Shown: positions 52,640 through 64,000 of the stretch, piece after piece
Layout: the number at the start of each line of letters is the position of its first letter
How positions within the stretch are numbered: position 1 is the stretch's first letter
Assembly (NCBI RefSeq): GCF_009914755.1
Contig: NC_060927.1
Direction: 5' to 3' (one strand)
Origin: the human T2T-CHM13v2.0 reference genome, Homo sapiens
DNA length: 64,000 nucleotides
Program-made: the position numbers and the translations under genes
The notes under the pieces: model-generated
The model's database searches: none
Told to the model about the DNA's origin: nothing
The model's input: only the letters and a program-made list of their open reading frames with translations

Positions 52640-53225
52640 AGAGAACTATGAGGAAAAGCATAGTATCCTGGAATCAGAGGGAAAAGAGTATTTCAAGAAG
52701 GCAGGTAGGTTAATATTTCAAATGGAGCTGAGAGGTCAAGTAAGATAAGGACTAAGAGATATTCATTGACTTTTAAGACAAGGAGATCTTTGGTGACCTA
52801 AGTCAGTTCTGCTTAGATGCAGTGGTGAGTGATGACACTGGATTGGATTAGTGTGAAGAGTGAGGTAAGCAAGTGGAGACAGCAAAGGCAGACAAGAAAA
52901 TTCATTCAAGTTTGTTTTGGATGGGAAAAGAGACATAGGGCAATAGCTGAAAGACAAGAGGGGATTGAATAAAAATATTTTTCTCTCCCAAGTTAGGAAA
53001 AATCTTAACCAGGTAAGAATGTTAATGAAAAGACAAAGGTGAGAGGGAGTAGGGAGAGAACCGTGGAGAAGTGTCCGTCATTCTCACCCAGGAAAGATTG
53101 CTCTGATGAATTAGCCATGTCTGTTATGGACATGAGGTGAGAGCGGAGGGATGAATGTGTGTTACTGATTCTAATTCAATCTCTATTTTATAGATAAAAT
53201 TGTGTCCTACAGATGGCGAAAGTGG
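52640..53225 (-). mobile_element. L2 fragment
   Basis: AAAGAGTATTTCAAGAAGG...CAAATGGAGCTGAGAGGTCAAGTAAGATAAGGACT...TTGGTGACC. Confidence 0.7.
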
Positions 53226-53280
53226 GGAGTCATTTGTTCATTATTCAGGTAACTAGTAAGATGTCTTGTTACTTTCAGTC

Positions 53281-54033
53281 CAGGGAGTCTTAAAATTGGG
53301 CACTGTGTTTGTTTGTATGGCTGTAAAGTAATACCTGAGGCTTAGAAATTTATAAAGAAAAGAGGTTTATTTGGCTCACAGTTCTGCAGGCTGTACAAGA
53401 AGCATGATGCCAACATCTGCTTCTGATGGCCTCAAGTTGCTTCCACTCATGGCAGAAAGTGAAAGGGAGCTGGTGTGTCACATGGCGAGAGAGGGAGGAA
53501 GGCAGAGACAGCCAGAGAGTTCCAGGCTATTTTCAACAACCAGTTCTCTTGGGAACTAAGAATAGGAATTCACTCACTCCTACAAAAATGGCACCGAGCT
53601 ATTCATGGGGGATCCAACCTCACAATTCAAACACCTTCCAATAGGCCCTGCCTCCAACATAAGGGTCACATTTCAACACGAAACTTGACAGGACCAAAGG
53701 AACTATATCCAAACCATAGCAGGCATTATTTCCAAAATGATGCCACTCCTATATGGGAGAGAGGTGAAGTGATTTTATATTTTTCACTGATTACTACTTT
53801 TATTTAATAATTATGCACTAATTTTTATAGTTGCAATATACTATTGGCCCAGGATACTGGGTTTCCTTTTATGGTGGTAATATATAGTTTTTCTCTTAGT
53901 TAAATGCTTTTAGGCAACAAAAGTTGATTTAAAGAACTTACAAATAAGAAAAAGTTATACAGATATTACTCAACTATGACAATTGTGAAATTGTGAAGGT
54001 GGCACATGAGTGAATGACATTTGAGACATACTG
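53281..54033. mobile_element. MER113-like hAT-Charlie element split by MST LTR
   Basis: Right end GATTTAAAGAA...TTGTGAAGGTGGCACATGAGTGA...TTTGAGACATACTG. Confidence 0.55.
53304..53721 (-). mobile_element. MaLR solo LTR (MSTB-like)
   Basis: AATTTATAAAGAAAAGAGGTTTATTTGGCTCACAGTTCTGCAGGCTGTACAAGAAGCATG...TATCCAAACCATAGCA; TSD GGCAC/GGCAT. Confidence 0.92.
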
Positions 54034-55156
54034 CATTATACATGTTGCTTATCTGCAGAGTTAATTTGGTGTTTATTGGTGTAAGAACAAAGTTGAAGGG
54101 TCTAAGTCTTCTGTCTATAATCTCAACCTTGAATTACTGTCTTAAGCAATTAAAAATGCAAACTGCACCTGAAGAATTAAGAAGAAAGGATGAAACAACT
54201 CTCACAGCATTTTGCTGAGTGGACAGAAGGATCATCTTAGCAATGGATTTTATCACATAATTAAAGAGGGATTCCCTGATTAATTAAATGAAGAGGCAAA
54301 CTCATTTAAACTGGTGATGCTAAGAAGAAATTACTGCAATATTTTTCTTCAGCCAAAATAAAGTGAATAGATATAGCTCTATACAACTTGAGTTTTTGTT
54401 ATCTACAGTGTAGTCCATTTGATGACAAATTTTCAATACTTACAGATTTATTCAGGCCTATTAAAAGCCTCAAAGCAACCAGGAAGTGTTACAAATATCT
54501 GAACAGAGAGTTGGATATTTTGAATGCTGAATATATCATTAGAATCAGAGCTAGTGCACCAGCTGTGTTAGTGCAACATGACTGCCCTTGGTCCTATGCT
54601 CACGCTGGTGACACTTGCCTTTTAATAATTCAGTCACATTATATCCTTCACCAGCTGAGGGAAGCTCTATTTTTATTTTAAAGGGCTGTTTCTTATCCAG
54701 AAAAGTAATAACAAGGCAAAACATTTATGAGAACAGTAAATCAATTTGTTTCATAATAATCAGAGTTACACAATCATCATTACTATTTCTTTGTAATCAG
54801 TCAGCTTCACATTGCAGATGGAATGTTTTAGTCATCTTTAGGGTAATAAACTCCTGATTCTAAGAGGCCTTCTTCTAAGTCTCAAAGTATCGGGACCCAC
54901 CTCTAAGTTACTGAGGACTTGACCCTTCCTACAGCCCATTCTCTTTTTCATGCTGAAATGTTCAGATTCACCTACTTCTGCATAGATGTCCTGTACTTTT
55001 CACTCAGAATCAGGCTCAACTCAGCATTCTATTTCTAGATGTTGCTAGAAATTTAACCTAACCTCTTGAATCATAAGTGGCCACTGAAATTTGCTTGATA
55101 TTTTCATTAACTCTGCTTTGAGTTTCTAGTTCCCAACTGTTTGCCCCTAAAAATAG

Positions 55157-55572
55157 TGTATTAGTTTCCTTGCTATTACTTTTCTGTATGAGAAATTACC
55201 AAAAGTGGATGACTTAGCAGATATTTATTCTCTCACAGTTCTGGAGTCAAGATTTTCTGTGTTGACAAAGACATGTTCCCCCTGAAGGTTCTAGGGGAGA
55301 AAACTTCCCTCCCTCTTCCTAGCTTCTGATGGTTGCCAGCAACCCTTGGTGTTCCTTGGCTTGTAGACGCATCACTCAAATCTCTGCTTCTGTTGTCACA
55401 TGACATTCCTTCTCTGTGTCTGTTTCCTTATCACTAAATTAGGGCCTAACCTAAACCAAAATGACCCCATCTTAACTTAATTACATGTGCAAAGACCCTA
55501 TTTCCAATTAAGAGTCATGTTCTAAGGTACAAGGTGGACATTAAATTTGGGGTGACACTACCCAACCAGATA
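55157..55572 (-). mobile_element. MLT1B/C-type MaLR LTR
   Basis: TGTATTAGTTTCC...TTTATTCTCTCACAGTTCTGGAG...CCTTGGCTTGTAGACGCATCACTC...CATCTTAACTTAATTACATGTGCAAAGACCCTATTTCCAA. Confidence 0.88.
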
Positions 55573-56061
55573 TAGATACCATAATTTCCATTGGCTTTGC
55601 TTTGGCTGAACTTTGATTTTCCCAACTTTAGCAATCAGAGGAAACCAAAAGCCTAACTCTCTGGGAACTTGCTCAGATCTAACCTCTTTTCTTCCTACTG
55701 TGAACTAAAATGAGATGCTGTTGACACCACCATGCTGATATGTCATGTGGCCTGTGAGATCTTAAATGTTCGATGTGGGAGAATGGATCTGTTATGAAAC
55801 TTGCAAACCTGTCCTAAGGCCAAAGATCAAGAGAAGCCAAGCCTCTTTCCTTTTATGAGTTTTTTAAGCATATTAAAAATGAAGAAATCCCAAGTAGGTT
55901 TAAAAAATTTAGTAGGACACACACACTATTGTACCTATAGGAGATTCTGCTAGCAGCCTTGTAATTTCAGAGTTTGCCATTCACTAGATTGAGACACTAG
56001 GATGGATCTGTCAGATCAAGCCATAAGGGCAAGAAACAGAGTCTAGAGATATTTCCCAAAG

Positions 56062-56290
56062 CTGGCATTACTGAGCACAATGTACCTTGCCATCCATCAC
56101 TAGGGCTGGGTGCTTTATGTTCATTATCTTTCAACCTTAAACGACTGTGAGATAGGCGTTGTGATCTCGATGTTACTGATTATAAAGCTGAGACTTAGAG
56201 AAGTATAGTGAAAAACTTTTCAAAATTATTTTGGAACAGAGTGGAGAGAAAGATATTAAGGGTTGTCAAGTTGGCTCAGACCATGTGAAT
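56062..56290 (-). mobile_element. MIR
   Basis: GCATTACTGAGCAC...GTGCTTTATGTTCATTATC...CTGTGAGATAGG...GCTGAGACTTAGAGAAG. Confidence 0.6.
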
Positions 56291-57527
56291 GCTATTAGTT
56301 CCTTTTTTGGTTCTCCCTAACTTTATGTTACAGTTACTATCCAGTCTTGTGAAATGGGTAATAATTGGTTATCATATGGCTGGGAGAAAAGCAAATAAAT
56401 GACAAATTAGTTTTGTGTCTGAGAATGGAAAAGCGCTCCAATTCTTAGCAGTCTGGGTTTAGTCTCACTCTGTGTCTCTGTGAATACAGACTTGTGCTTT
56501 TGAACTCTTAACCCAAAGTAATCCTGTGCACCAAAGCCCTGTGTCTTCCCTGCCAGTAAAGGTGTGAAGACTCCTCTGGTGTATTCCCTGCTGTGGATAT
56601 TACTGTCTGATCTCTCAGTGGCTTTGCTCTCTTTCATCTTTCTCAAGTCTCTGACTTGAAATGCACTCTCAGCCATGCCAGCATTGAACTACCAAGTAAG
56701 AGTGTACCCTCTCCTCCTGGGCCTCAAGACTCCACCTTCAACTTGATCCTAATTTAATAACCTCAAGCCAGCATACCCAGTCCTCTTTCAGGGAGGAAAG
56801 ATTATCTATAATTGTGAGAGTAAAAAATAGACCCCCACCTCTTTTCTGAAGCCAGCAGGAATCTCTGTGTTTAGTTGGGTTCTTTTTCCCTCCAGGATCA
56901 TAGTCTGGCTAAGCAAGTGAAAAGGGAAAACTAAATTTCACAATCTTGCTGATAGGAAAAGCATGAGAGATACCAAAAAGTCATATCTAAACACACAGAC
57001 AAAGAGCAATAATTTTCCAAAAATCAGGCTTAACAGCACAGGACAAGCAAGAACTGGAAATGGGGTCTGGAGGCAACACATGGGGACACTCAGTGAAAAG
57101 GCCTTCTGTATGGTGTTTGAGGGCAAGCCTGTAGACAAGATGAGAGTAGTGCTGATTGGACAAAGAAATCCAAGGCCAAGAGTAAGCCAATCTTCTGTGA
57201 CTTCATCCTGAAGTCTATGGTCTGTGTCATCAAATATCCTTATATACTTCCTTGCTGTTCATCTGCTACAGTAAGTTTACGGAAATTCTTTACTTGCAAG
57301 CACAATTACTGCTACAGCCAAGTGTATGATGAAATATCACTTCCAGGAGGTGTACACTGTGAGCTTTTTGCCAATCCATGCAGTATTTCAGCTACAGAAC
57401 CTTCATCGGGGCCAAAAGATTTTATCTTCCTAAGGCCAGTTAAAGTAATACAGGACTTAGAACACCTGATTCTCTGAAGAATCTATTTTGTAGACAGAGT
57501 AACCTTATTGGAAGGAGACTAGACCCA

Positions 57528-57812
57528 TTCAAGAGGTTGATTAATGAGTACAAAAATATAGGTAAATAGAAGAAATATGACCTAGTGCTCCATAAATCGT
57601 ATAGTGACTATAGTAAATAATAGTCTATTGCTTATTTCAAAATAGCTAGTAGAGAATAATTCAGATGTTCCCAAAAGAAAAAACAGACAAGTGTTTAAGA
57701 TGGTGGGTATCCTAATTACCCTGATTTGCTTTATTACACACTATATGAATGTATCAAAATATCACATGTGACCCAAAAATATGTATATCTATTATGTATT
57801 AATAAAAAATGA
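57528..57812 (+). mobile_element. L1MA-type 3'UTR fragment
   Basis: GAGGTTGATTAATGAGTACAAAAAT...TATTTCAAAATAGCTAG...TAATTACCCTGATTTG...CAAAATATCACATGT...TTAATAAAAAA. Confidence 0.88.
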
Positions 57813-59304
57813 AAGGTAAATCTAAAAACATGACATATTTGGAAAATTCTTTTGCCATGCCCTTGTTTCTAATTCAGCCAATGGATGCCATTACATCTCA
57901 CTTTTTATGCTTATTGGCTTATGAAAAGCATGTGAGCTTACTGAATACATGTCTACCAGGAATAATTTTTACTAACCTATCTTCTTCCTTTCGTAACACA
58001 AACCTGAAAGCTAACTTTCTGCCTTTTTAAGCCCTGGCATTTTTTAAGGTGCTGTCATGGCCACTACAGGTTGTCTAGAGGAAACAGTCCCCCAAGGAAG
58101 TTTGGATGTCCTCCGCTCAGTGAGGTGAAGCTGTCTCTTTGGAGCGCTTCTCTGTTTTGATCAGCTGAAGTCAGGAAAAGAGGGCATAGGTCTGAGACTG
58201 TGGGGCCATCACTATTTCTGAGTAGAAAACAACTTCTTAATGGGGATTTGCCTGAGATGTTTCAATACAAGTCAGGTCAATGGCCTCTACTTCTTTACTC
58301 TCCAAATGCCTTTCCTCTTAATTCCCTTTCCTTTAAAGAAGACAAAGAACTGTCTTATGCTTCTGCTTGTAATTTTAAATTTAAAAGAAGAGTGCCTTGC
58401 CCATCTGCTGAGGTTGATTCAGGCATCTGGTACAGCCATCAAGAAGTGGCGCCAGGAGCTGGCGGGAGTCCAGCTCTTGCTCCTTTCTCAGCCTACTCCA
58501 AGGTTTATCAGAGCGTCCTATGAATGAAGAATGGTATGCAAGTCTTTGCCCTTGCAAAGTGCTTGCTAATGACTTCATAAATGTGAAAAAAGAAGGTACC
58601 ACCGCAAAAATTATTTTGTGTTTATAAATTGTTCAGGTTACAATCTCAAATAAGGTAATACTATGATAGCTTCACAGATTGCTTGGGGGTTGACATTGGC
58701 CTGCTTAAATCTCATAAGGCAGAATTATAATTTTTGATCGATACTTCCATTCCCTAGGTTTTGCCATTTAACATAGCATTTAAGCATTGGAAGAAATTCT
58801 TTTTGAAAATGCTTATTGATTATTTTTACTTCCTATTTTTCTAAGGTAAGAAACAACCAGATGTTAAGAAAAAAAAATTAACACCTCGCTTTTAACTTAA
58901 GATGGAAATGATGACTTCCTCTAATCCCCACCAGACAGAATATACTTTTGAGATTAGCAGTCTAGTGTGTGGCAGTTTTTTCTAGGAGGTTTGAAGGGTA
59001 AAATAAACTCTCTTGGATAGTACTCATTTGTTCACAATTTGAAAAAGATTTTATTATAGAGCTTCTCACACCAAATTGTATTTTTGTCTGTGCTTCCATC
59101 TCTATTTTACCTCTGGACAAAGAGATCCCAGCAGGGTTATACTTGTCTTAGTGAGGGACAATGTTACACAGAGCCTAAGACGGTAGATAGTCAATAAGGT
59201 TGTTGAATAAACAAAAATGAAGGAAAGTTGAAGAAAATATACCTGGAAATGTCTTAAGTATATATATTTTCTGCTGAGATGAAGGTAATTGAAATAAGTT
59301 AGGG

Positions 59305-59530
59305 GTCCTATAGTTTGAGGGTCAAATTCATTGGTTACCTACATTTTAAATAAAATTTTATTAGAACTTCGTCATGAATAGAACAGAATAGCCATGGTCA
59401 TTTGTTTTCATAATGTTTATGACTGTTGTCACACTACAATAGCAACTGAGTGGTTGTGACAGAGACTGTATGGACCAAAAACTGAATATATCTACTACCT
59501 AATGTTTTGAAAAAAAAATTCTGAGACCTG
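59305..59530. mobile_element. MER58A-like hAT-Charlie element
   Basis: TAAATAAAATTTTATTAGAAC...ACACTACAATAGCA..TGAGTGGTTGTGACAGAGACTGTATGG. Confidence 0.7.
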
Positions 59531-60013
59531 ACTTAAAAAGAAATAAATCACAAAAGTGAGTAAACAACAAGTAGTTATTGAATGCTTGACATATGCTTAA
59601 TACTATTGCAGGATTTGCAGTAGACACAACAAGATGCATCTTATCCCTCTGAGTAGTAGGTCCTTTAACCACTTGAGGGCACTGATTTGAATTATTGTGC
59701 CAATGAAGGGGGTAGGCATTATCCATGTGATGGACTAAAATGGATCCCATTGAGATGGAATGGCTAGTAGAATCAAAGAGAAGGTGAGCAGAGAGAACCA
59801 AGGCAAGCGCAAAAGTAACATTTTGGTTAAAACAATGACAAATGTCCTCCAATCTCTCCCATTCCTATTTTCCTGAAGGATTATTAGGGAAGACATTGCA
59901 TTCTGCATTCACTGTAGTATAAAAAGACTGGAACCCTTTTACTTGGATATTGAATGAAGGGGTGATCTCAGAGGGCTGAAAAGCTTGGCGACAGTTACAT
60001 TACAGATATTTGA

Positions 60014-60363
<350 letters not shown>

Positions 60364-60497
60364 TGAATCAAAGGGTCATGCTAAGTGCTTTATTATAGAC
60401 ATTATTTAATTTTATTACAATTTTGTGTGCTAAGCCTCATTATTTCTACACTATAGTTACATTATCATCATAGCAACTTCCTAATCCACACAGTGTA

Positions 60498-60780
60498 TGA
60501 GTCAGTCAGGATAGGCTAGGTAATACTTCAGTAACAAACAAGTCTCACATCTCAATGGCTAATACAACGTAAGTTTATTTCTTGTTCATGTTACATGTTT
60601 GCTGTGGGTCAGCGGGTGTCTGCTTACTGTAGTCACTCTCAGAACCAAGTTGACAAAGGATCCATCTTGACTCATGCTTTTGCCCAGCAGGCATTGAGAA
60701 AGGAGTATTGTAGCATCTCCTGCTGCCTATAGCATTTTCCATCCAGAAGGGACACATATCATTTTCACTCACATTTTATT
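60498..60780 (-). mobile_element. MLT1I/J-type MaLR LTR
   Basis: GTCAGTCAGGATAGGCTAGGT..TACTTCAGTAACAAAC...ATCTCAATGGCT...GTTTATTTCTTGTTCATG. Confidence 0.7.
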
Positions 60781-60924
60781 ACTGAGATTGGAGCCCAATT
60801 TGTCTGATTCTTTTTACCAGTTTTCATAGTTATATAATTCATTCACATTAATACAATAGTGTACTTCATAGGCATGTTTTCACCCAAATTCTAAATATAC
60901 ACAGGAGTAAGCTGACATTTACTA

Positions 60925-61150
60925 GTTCAAGAAATATTTATCAAGTGCCTCTATGAACCATACACTGTCTTAGACACTAGGAATATAGCAAAAATAAAAA
61001 TAAAAATACCAAACTTCATTGAGCTTTTATTCCAGCAGGGACAGAAAATAAATACATTAAACACTTAATTTAGTAAATAAAACTTAGCAAAATACATAGA
61101 ATAGTTGGTGATAAGTGCTATGGAAAAACTAAAATATGACAGCAGGTAGA
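60925..61150 (-). mobile_element. L2 3' fragment
   Basis: TTCAAGAAATATTTATCAAGTGCCTCTATG...CACTGTCTTAGACACTAGGAATATAGC...GGTGATAAGTGCTATGGAAAA. Confidence 0.7.
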
Positions 61151-62420
61151 AGATGGTGGGGGTTGGTAGCTGAGGTGCCTCTCTGTTCATAGAGCTCATT
61201 TACATTTGGGCCTGGGCATCACAGAAACGTGGGAGGCCCGGACAATTTGTGCTGCCTGAAGGAAACTAGCATAAAAGGCACATTTGTATTATTTCTGGTA
61301 ATCTCAAGTCCAATAAAGGCATTGAGGCTGTGATTAGTGGAGAACTGGGAGAAGCAGAGGTCTTCTCAGTGTCATCCAGTTTTCTAAGACGCTTTCTGGA
61401 TGGAGAGTGAGTAGTTTGTAGGAGGGGAGGTTGCACAATAACATTTAAAACTTGGACACTTCTATGTCTTCTTAAATATAATATAATTGTGGGCAAGGAA
61501 ATAAAAGTCCCTTAATCTTAAAGGGATATGATGATGAAAGGGGAAGGGGTCTGTTTGGCATTTGACAAAAAATTCTGGGCATATACCTTATGTGAACAGA
61601 AGTTAGAGATAAGCCTGTGGGTTTGGCTGGTAGTGGATTGCAATGTTTCTCTTCATTTATAATAAGAAACTTTGTAATGAGTTTTTCTAGCCCAAGTTTT
61701 GGTTCTTGTTTCTGTCTTCCTGAAAAAACTATCTTCCATTTGCACACTTCCACTCCAAAGCCCTCCAGCCCTTTCAGCGCTCCCACTGGTAGCTGATGGG
61801 GTGCTTTAAAATCAAATTATACTCCTTACTTTCAGTAATGCCTTTCTGTTTTCCCCTGCAATTTTTCCAACTTGCTATCAATCTTTATGTTAAAGGTTTC
61901 CAGCAAAGTGTGTGGATTAAAAAAAAATCCCCTTTAAAAGTGGCTTTTTCTATTAACCTGGCTCATCCCACCTTGTCAAAGCACTTAGTCGTGAGATAGT
62001 AACTCCCTCAAAGTCCTGGCTCAAATTTCAATTTACCAGTGACCTGGGGTGGATAAATCACTTTACAATTGTAACAAAGAAGGTTCCTCTGGGAATACAG
62101 AATTATTCATTTTCTGCCCAGCTATGGAGTAAGAATTTGAGACTTTCTTAATATTCGAACAGTTAAAAAGAATGATACAAACATTCCAATCAAGTGACCG
62201 TGGTCAGCTAGACACCCAGGGGCAGCTGATTTCTAGCACATCTTTAGAGCTCAGGCTTCTTTCTGAAAGGCCAGAGCATAGTTATGGTTCTTCAATTGCA
62301 CCCCCATTCCTAAGCCAGCATTCCACCCCCTAAACCTTTCAACCTACCTCACTCCACAATGAAAATATAAGAGTGGTCTCTTACTGAATGCTTGCATGTA
62401 CCAACCATTGTGCTATGCGT

Positions 62421-62970
62421 TATGGTACATTGCATAAATAGCCACAATTGTTCAGACCTCCAGGTTTTCATAACCATTGCCATGTGACTTTACAGTTCCT
62501 CTCGTGGAGGTGAAATGTACTTTCACTCCACTGATGTTGAATTTAGTCATGTGGTTTGCTTTGGCTAATAGAATATGGTATAAGTAATTATGTGCCACTT
62601 CCAAGCCTAGGCCTCCAGAAATCTCAAATGTGTCCATTCTTTCTCTTAGACATCTGCTTCTGCTATGAGAACAAGCCTGAGCTAGGTACCTGGATCATGA
62701 GAAATATGTATCCCCATTTCTTAAATCAACGTAATAACCAGCCAATATCTGGTAATTCTTCAGACATGTGAGTGAGACCATGCTAGACCAGCCATCCCCC
62801 AGTAAGCATGCCTCTGATAGCAGATATGTGATTGGACTCAAGTAACACTACCCAAGCCTGGGCCAGGTCAGCAGCAGTGTCAAGCTCACCCACAGGCTCA
62901 GGGTAAATAATAAATGAGTTTTATGTGGGCCATAAGTATTGATATTGTTTCATGCAATAATTGCTAACTA
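62421..62970 (+). mobile_element. MLT1G/H-type MaLR LTR inserted in a MIR (MIR ~62370-62420 and ~62971-63170)
   Basis: ATAGCCACAATT...TTGCCATGTGACTTTACAG...CATGTGGTTTGCTTTGGCTAATAGAAT...CAGACATGTGAGTGAG...AATAATAAATG...GCAATAATTGCTAACT. Confidence 0.7.
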
Positions 62971-64000
62971 GTAAGCACTTTATAAAGATTAGTTTGTTTA
63001 ACCCTTATAATAATCTTATACAGTAGGCTCTATTATGATTCATATCTTACAGAAGAGAAAACCAAGGTTTAGAAAATTTAAGGATCACACAGCTGTAAAG
63101 CGTCAGAACTAGGATTCTAAACCCAAATGTCCAATAATTCAAAATCTTACCTATGTTTCATCATACATCACTGTGAACCCCTCTCTCCTTGCTTTTTCAT
63201 ATTTGCTTATTTAGAAAGGGAAGGGTTCAACTTTAACCTGTTGAAATTGCTAAACTCAGGCTTTTCTCTTCAAGATGAAGAGTTTCATTGCATTTTATTC
63301 AGAACTTCAAGTCTTTCTGACTTTCCTTGTGCTCTTTGTTTTCTTGTGAAACTTATCTGAAGCAACTGTTCATGAAGAAACAGGCACAGGGCATTTCTGA
63401 ACACTTACGGAAACTTTTTTTTATAGTAATAACTTGTTTATGCAAGTAACACTGTTCTCTGCTCTAAAATTTCCCAGTGACTCCTCCTAATGAATGAACC
63501 TAATTAACAAATCTCATCACTCAGCCGGAAACAAGTTTTTTCCTATGCTGAACAACTAAATGGACAGGTCAATATATACATAGTCACCAGGGATGGCTTT
63601 GGGAATGCAGAAATGAAGCCTAGCTGTGAAACTGCTGTAATTCCACGGAAATAATGGCATGATCTTGTCATATTGCTTGGGACTAACTACAATGATTCTC
63701 CACAAAGTTGCCCTCCATCCATGCATCTTTCCCAGAATAATGGAATGATTATTCTTTATTTTTATAAGATACACATAAGAAATATTTTCACTCTCAAGAA
63801 ACATCATTAATTTTATCCTTTAGTACAATAGATTCCAATACATAAACTATCTTCTTTTCAAGTAGTCGTCTGTTGTTAATTTGATTTTCATATTTACAAA
63901 GTTCAGTACTAAAGGTTTCTTTATTTCAAGCAATTTTTGTTTTAAACATGTAATAGTTGCTATTTCATTTGGTTCAATATTTGTAAAAGTACAAACAAGA

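Noticed and set aside
58200-58602. Cluster of ORFs in unique sequence
   Set aside because: Short, non-ATG starts, no domain or clear splice pair

Overview
Primate (human-like) AT-rich, repeat-dense intergenic or deep-intronic DNA. I found no credible protein-coding exon: the ORF track is explained by L1/Alu/LTR remnants or chance. Well-supported contents are (i) a full-length two-LTR MER41A provirus (21087-27570) with a tRNA-Arg-type primer site, PPT and an Alu inserted in it; (ii) a 1.67-kb GC/CpG-rich minus-strand retrocopy of an mRNA 3'UTR with poly(A) and a 13-bp TSD (36492-38163); (iii) a full-length U3 snoRNA retrocopy (50795-51010, minus) inside a nested stack of MLT1C, an ERVL LTR and an Alu; (iv) an L1 inserted head-to-head into another L1 at almost the homologous position, giving a long inverted repeat (1352-2680); (v) an L1PB-type 5'UTR+ORF1 lacking its 3' half; (vi) an ungapped ~90%-identical 204-bp dispersed duplication on either side of the retrocopy; plus 7 Alus and many MaLR, MER, MIR and L2 fragments, a few perfect hairpins and candidate enhancer motif clusters. 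I do not see evidence for a new multi-gene biological system; the best leads are retrotransposition/repair footprints and one compact NF-kB/AP-1/IRF motif cluster. Repeat subfamily names are from recalled consensus sequences and need RepeatMasker/Dfam confirmation; boundaries of old repeats are approximate.
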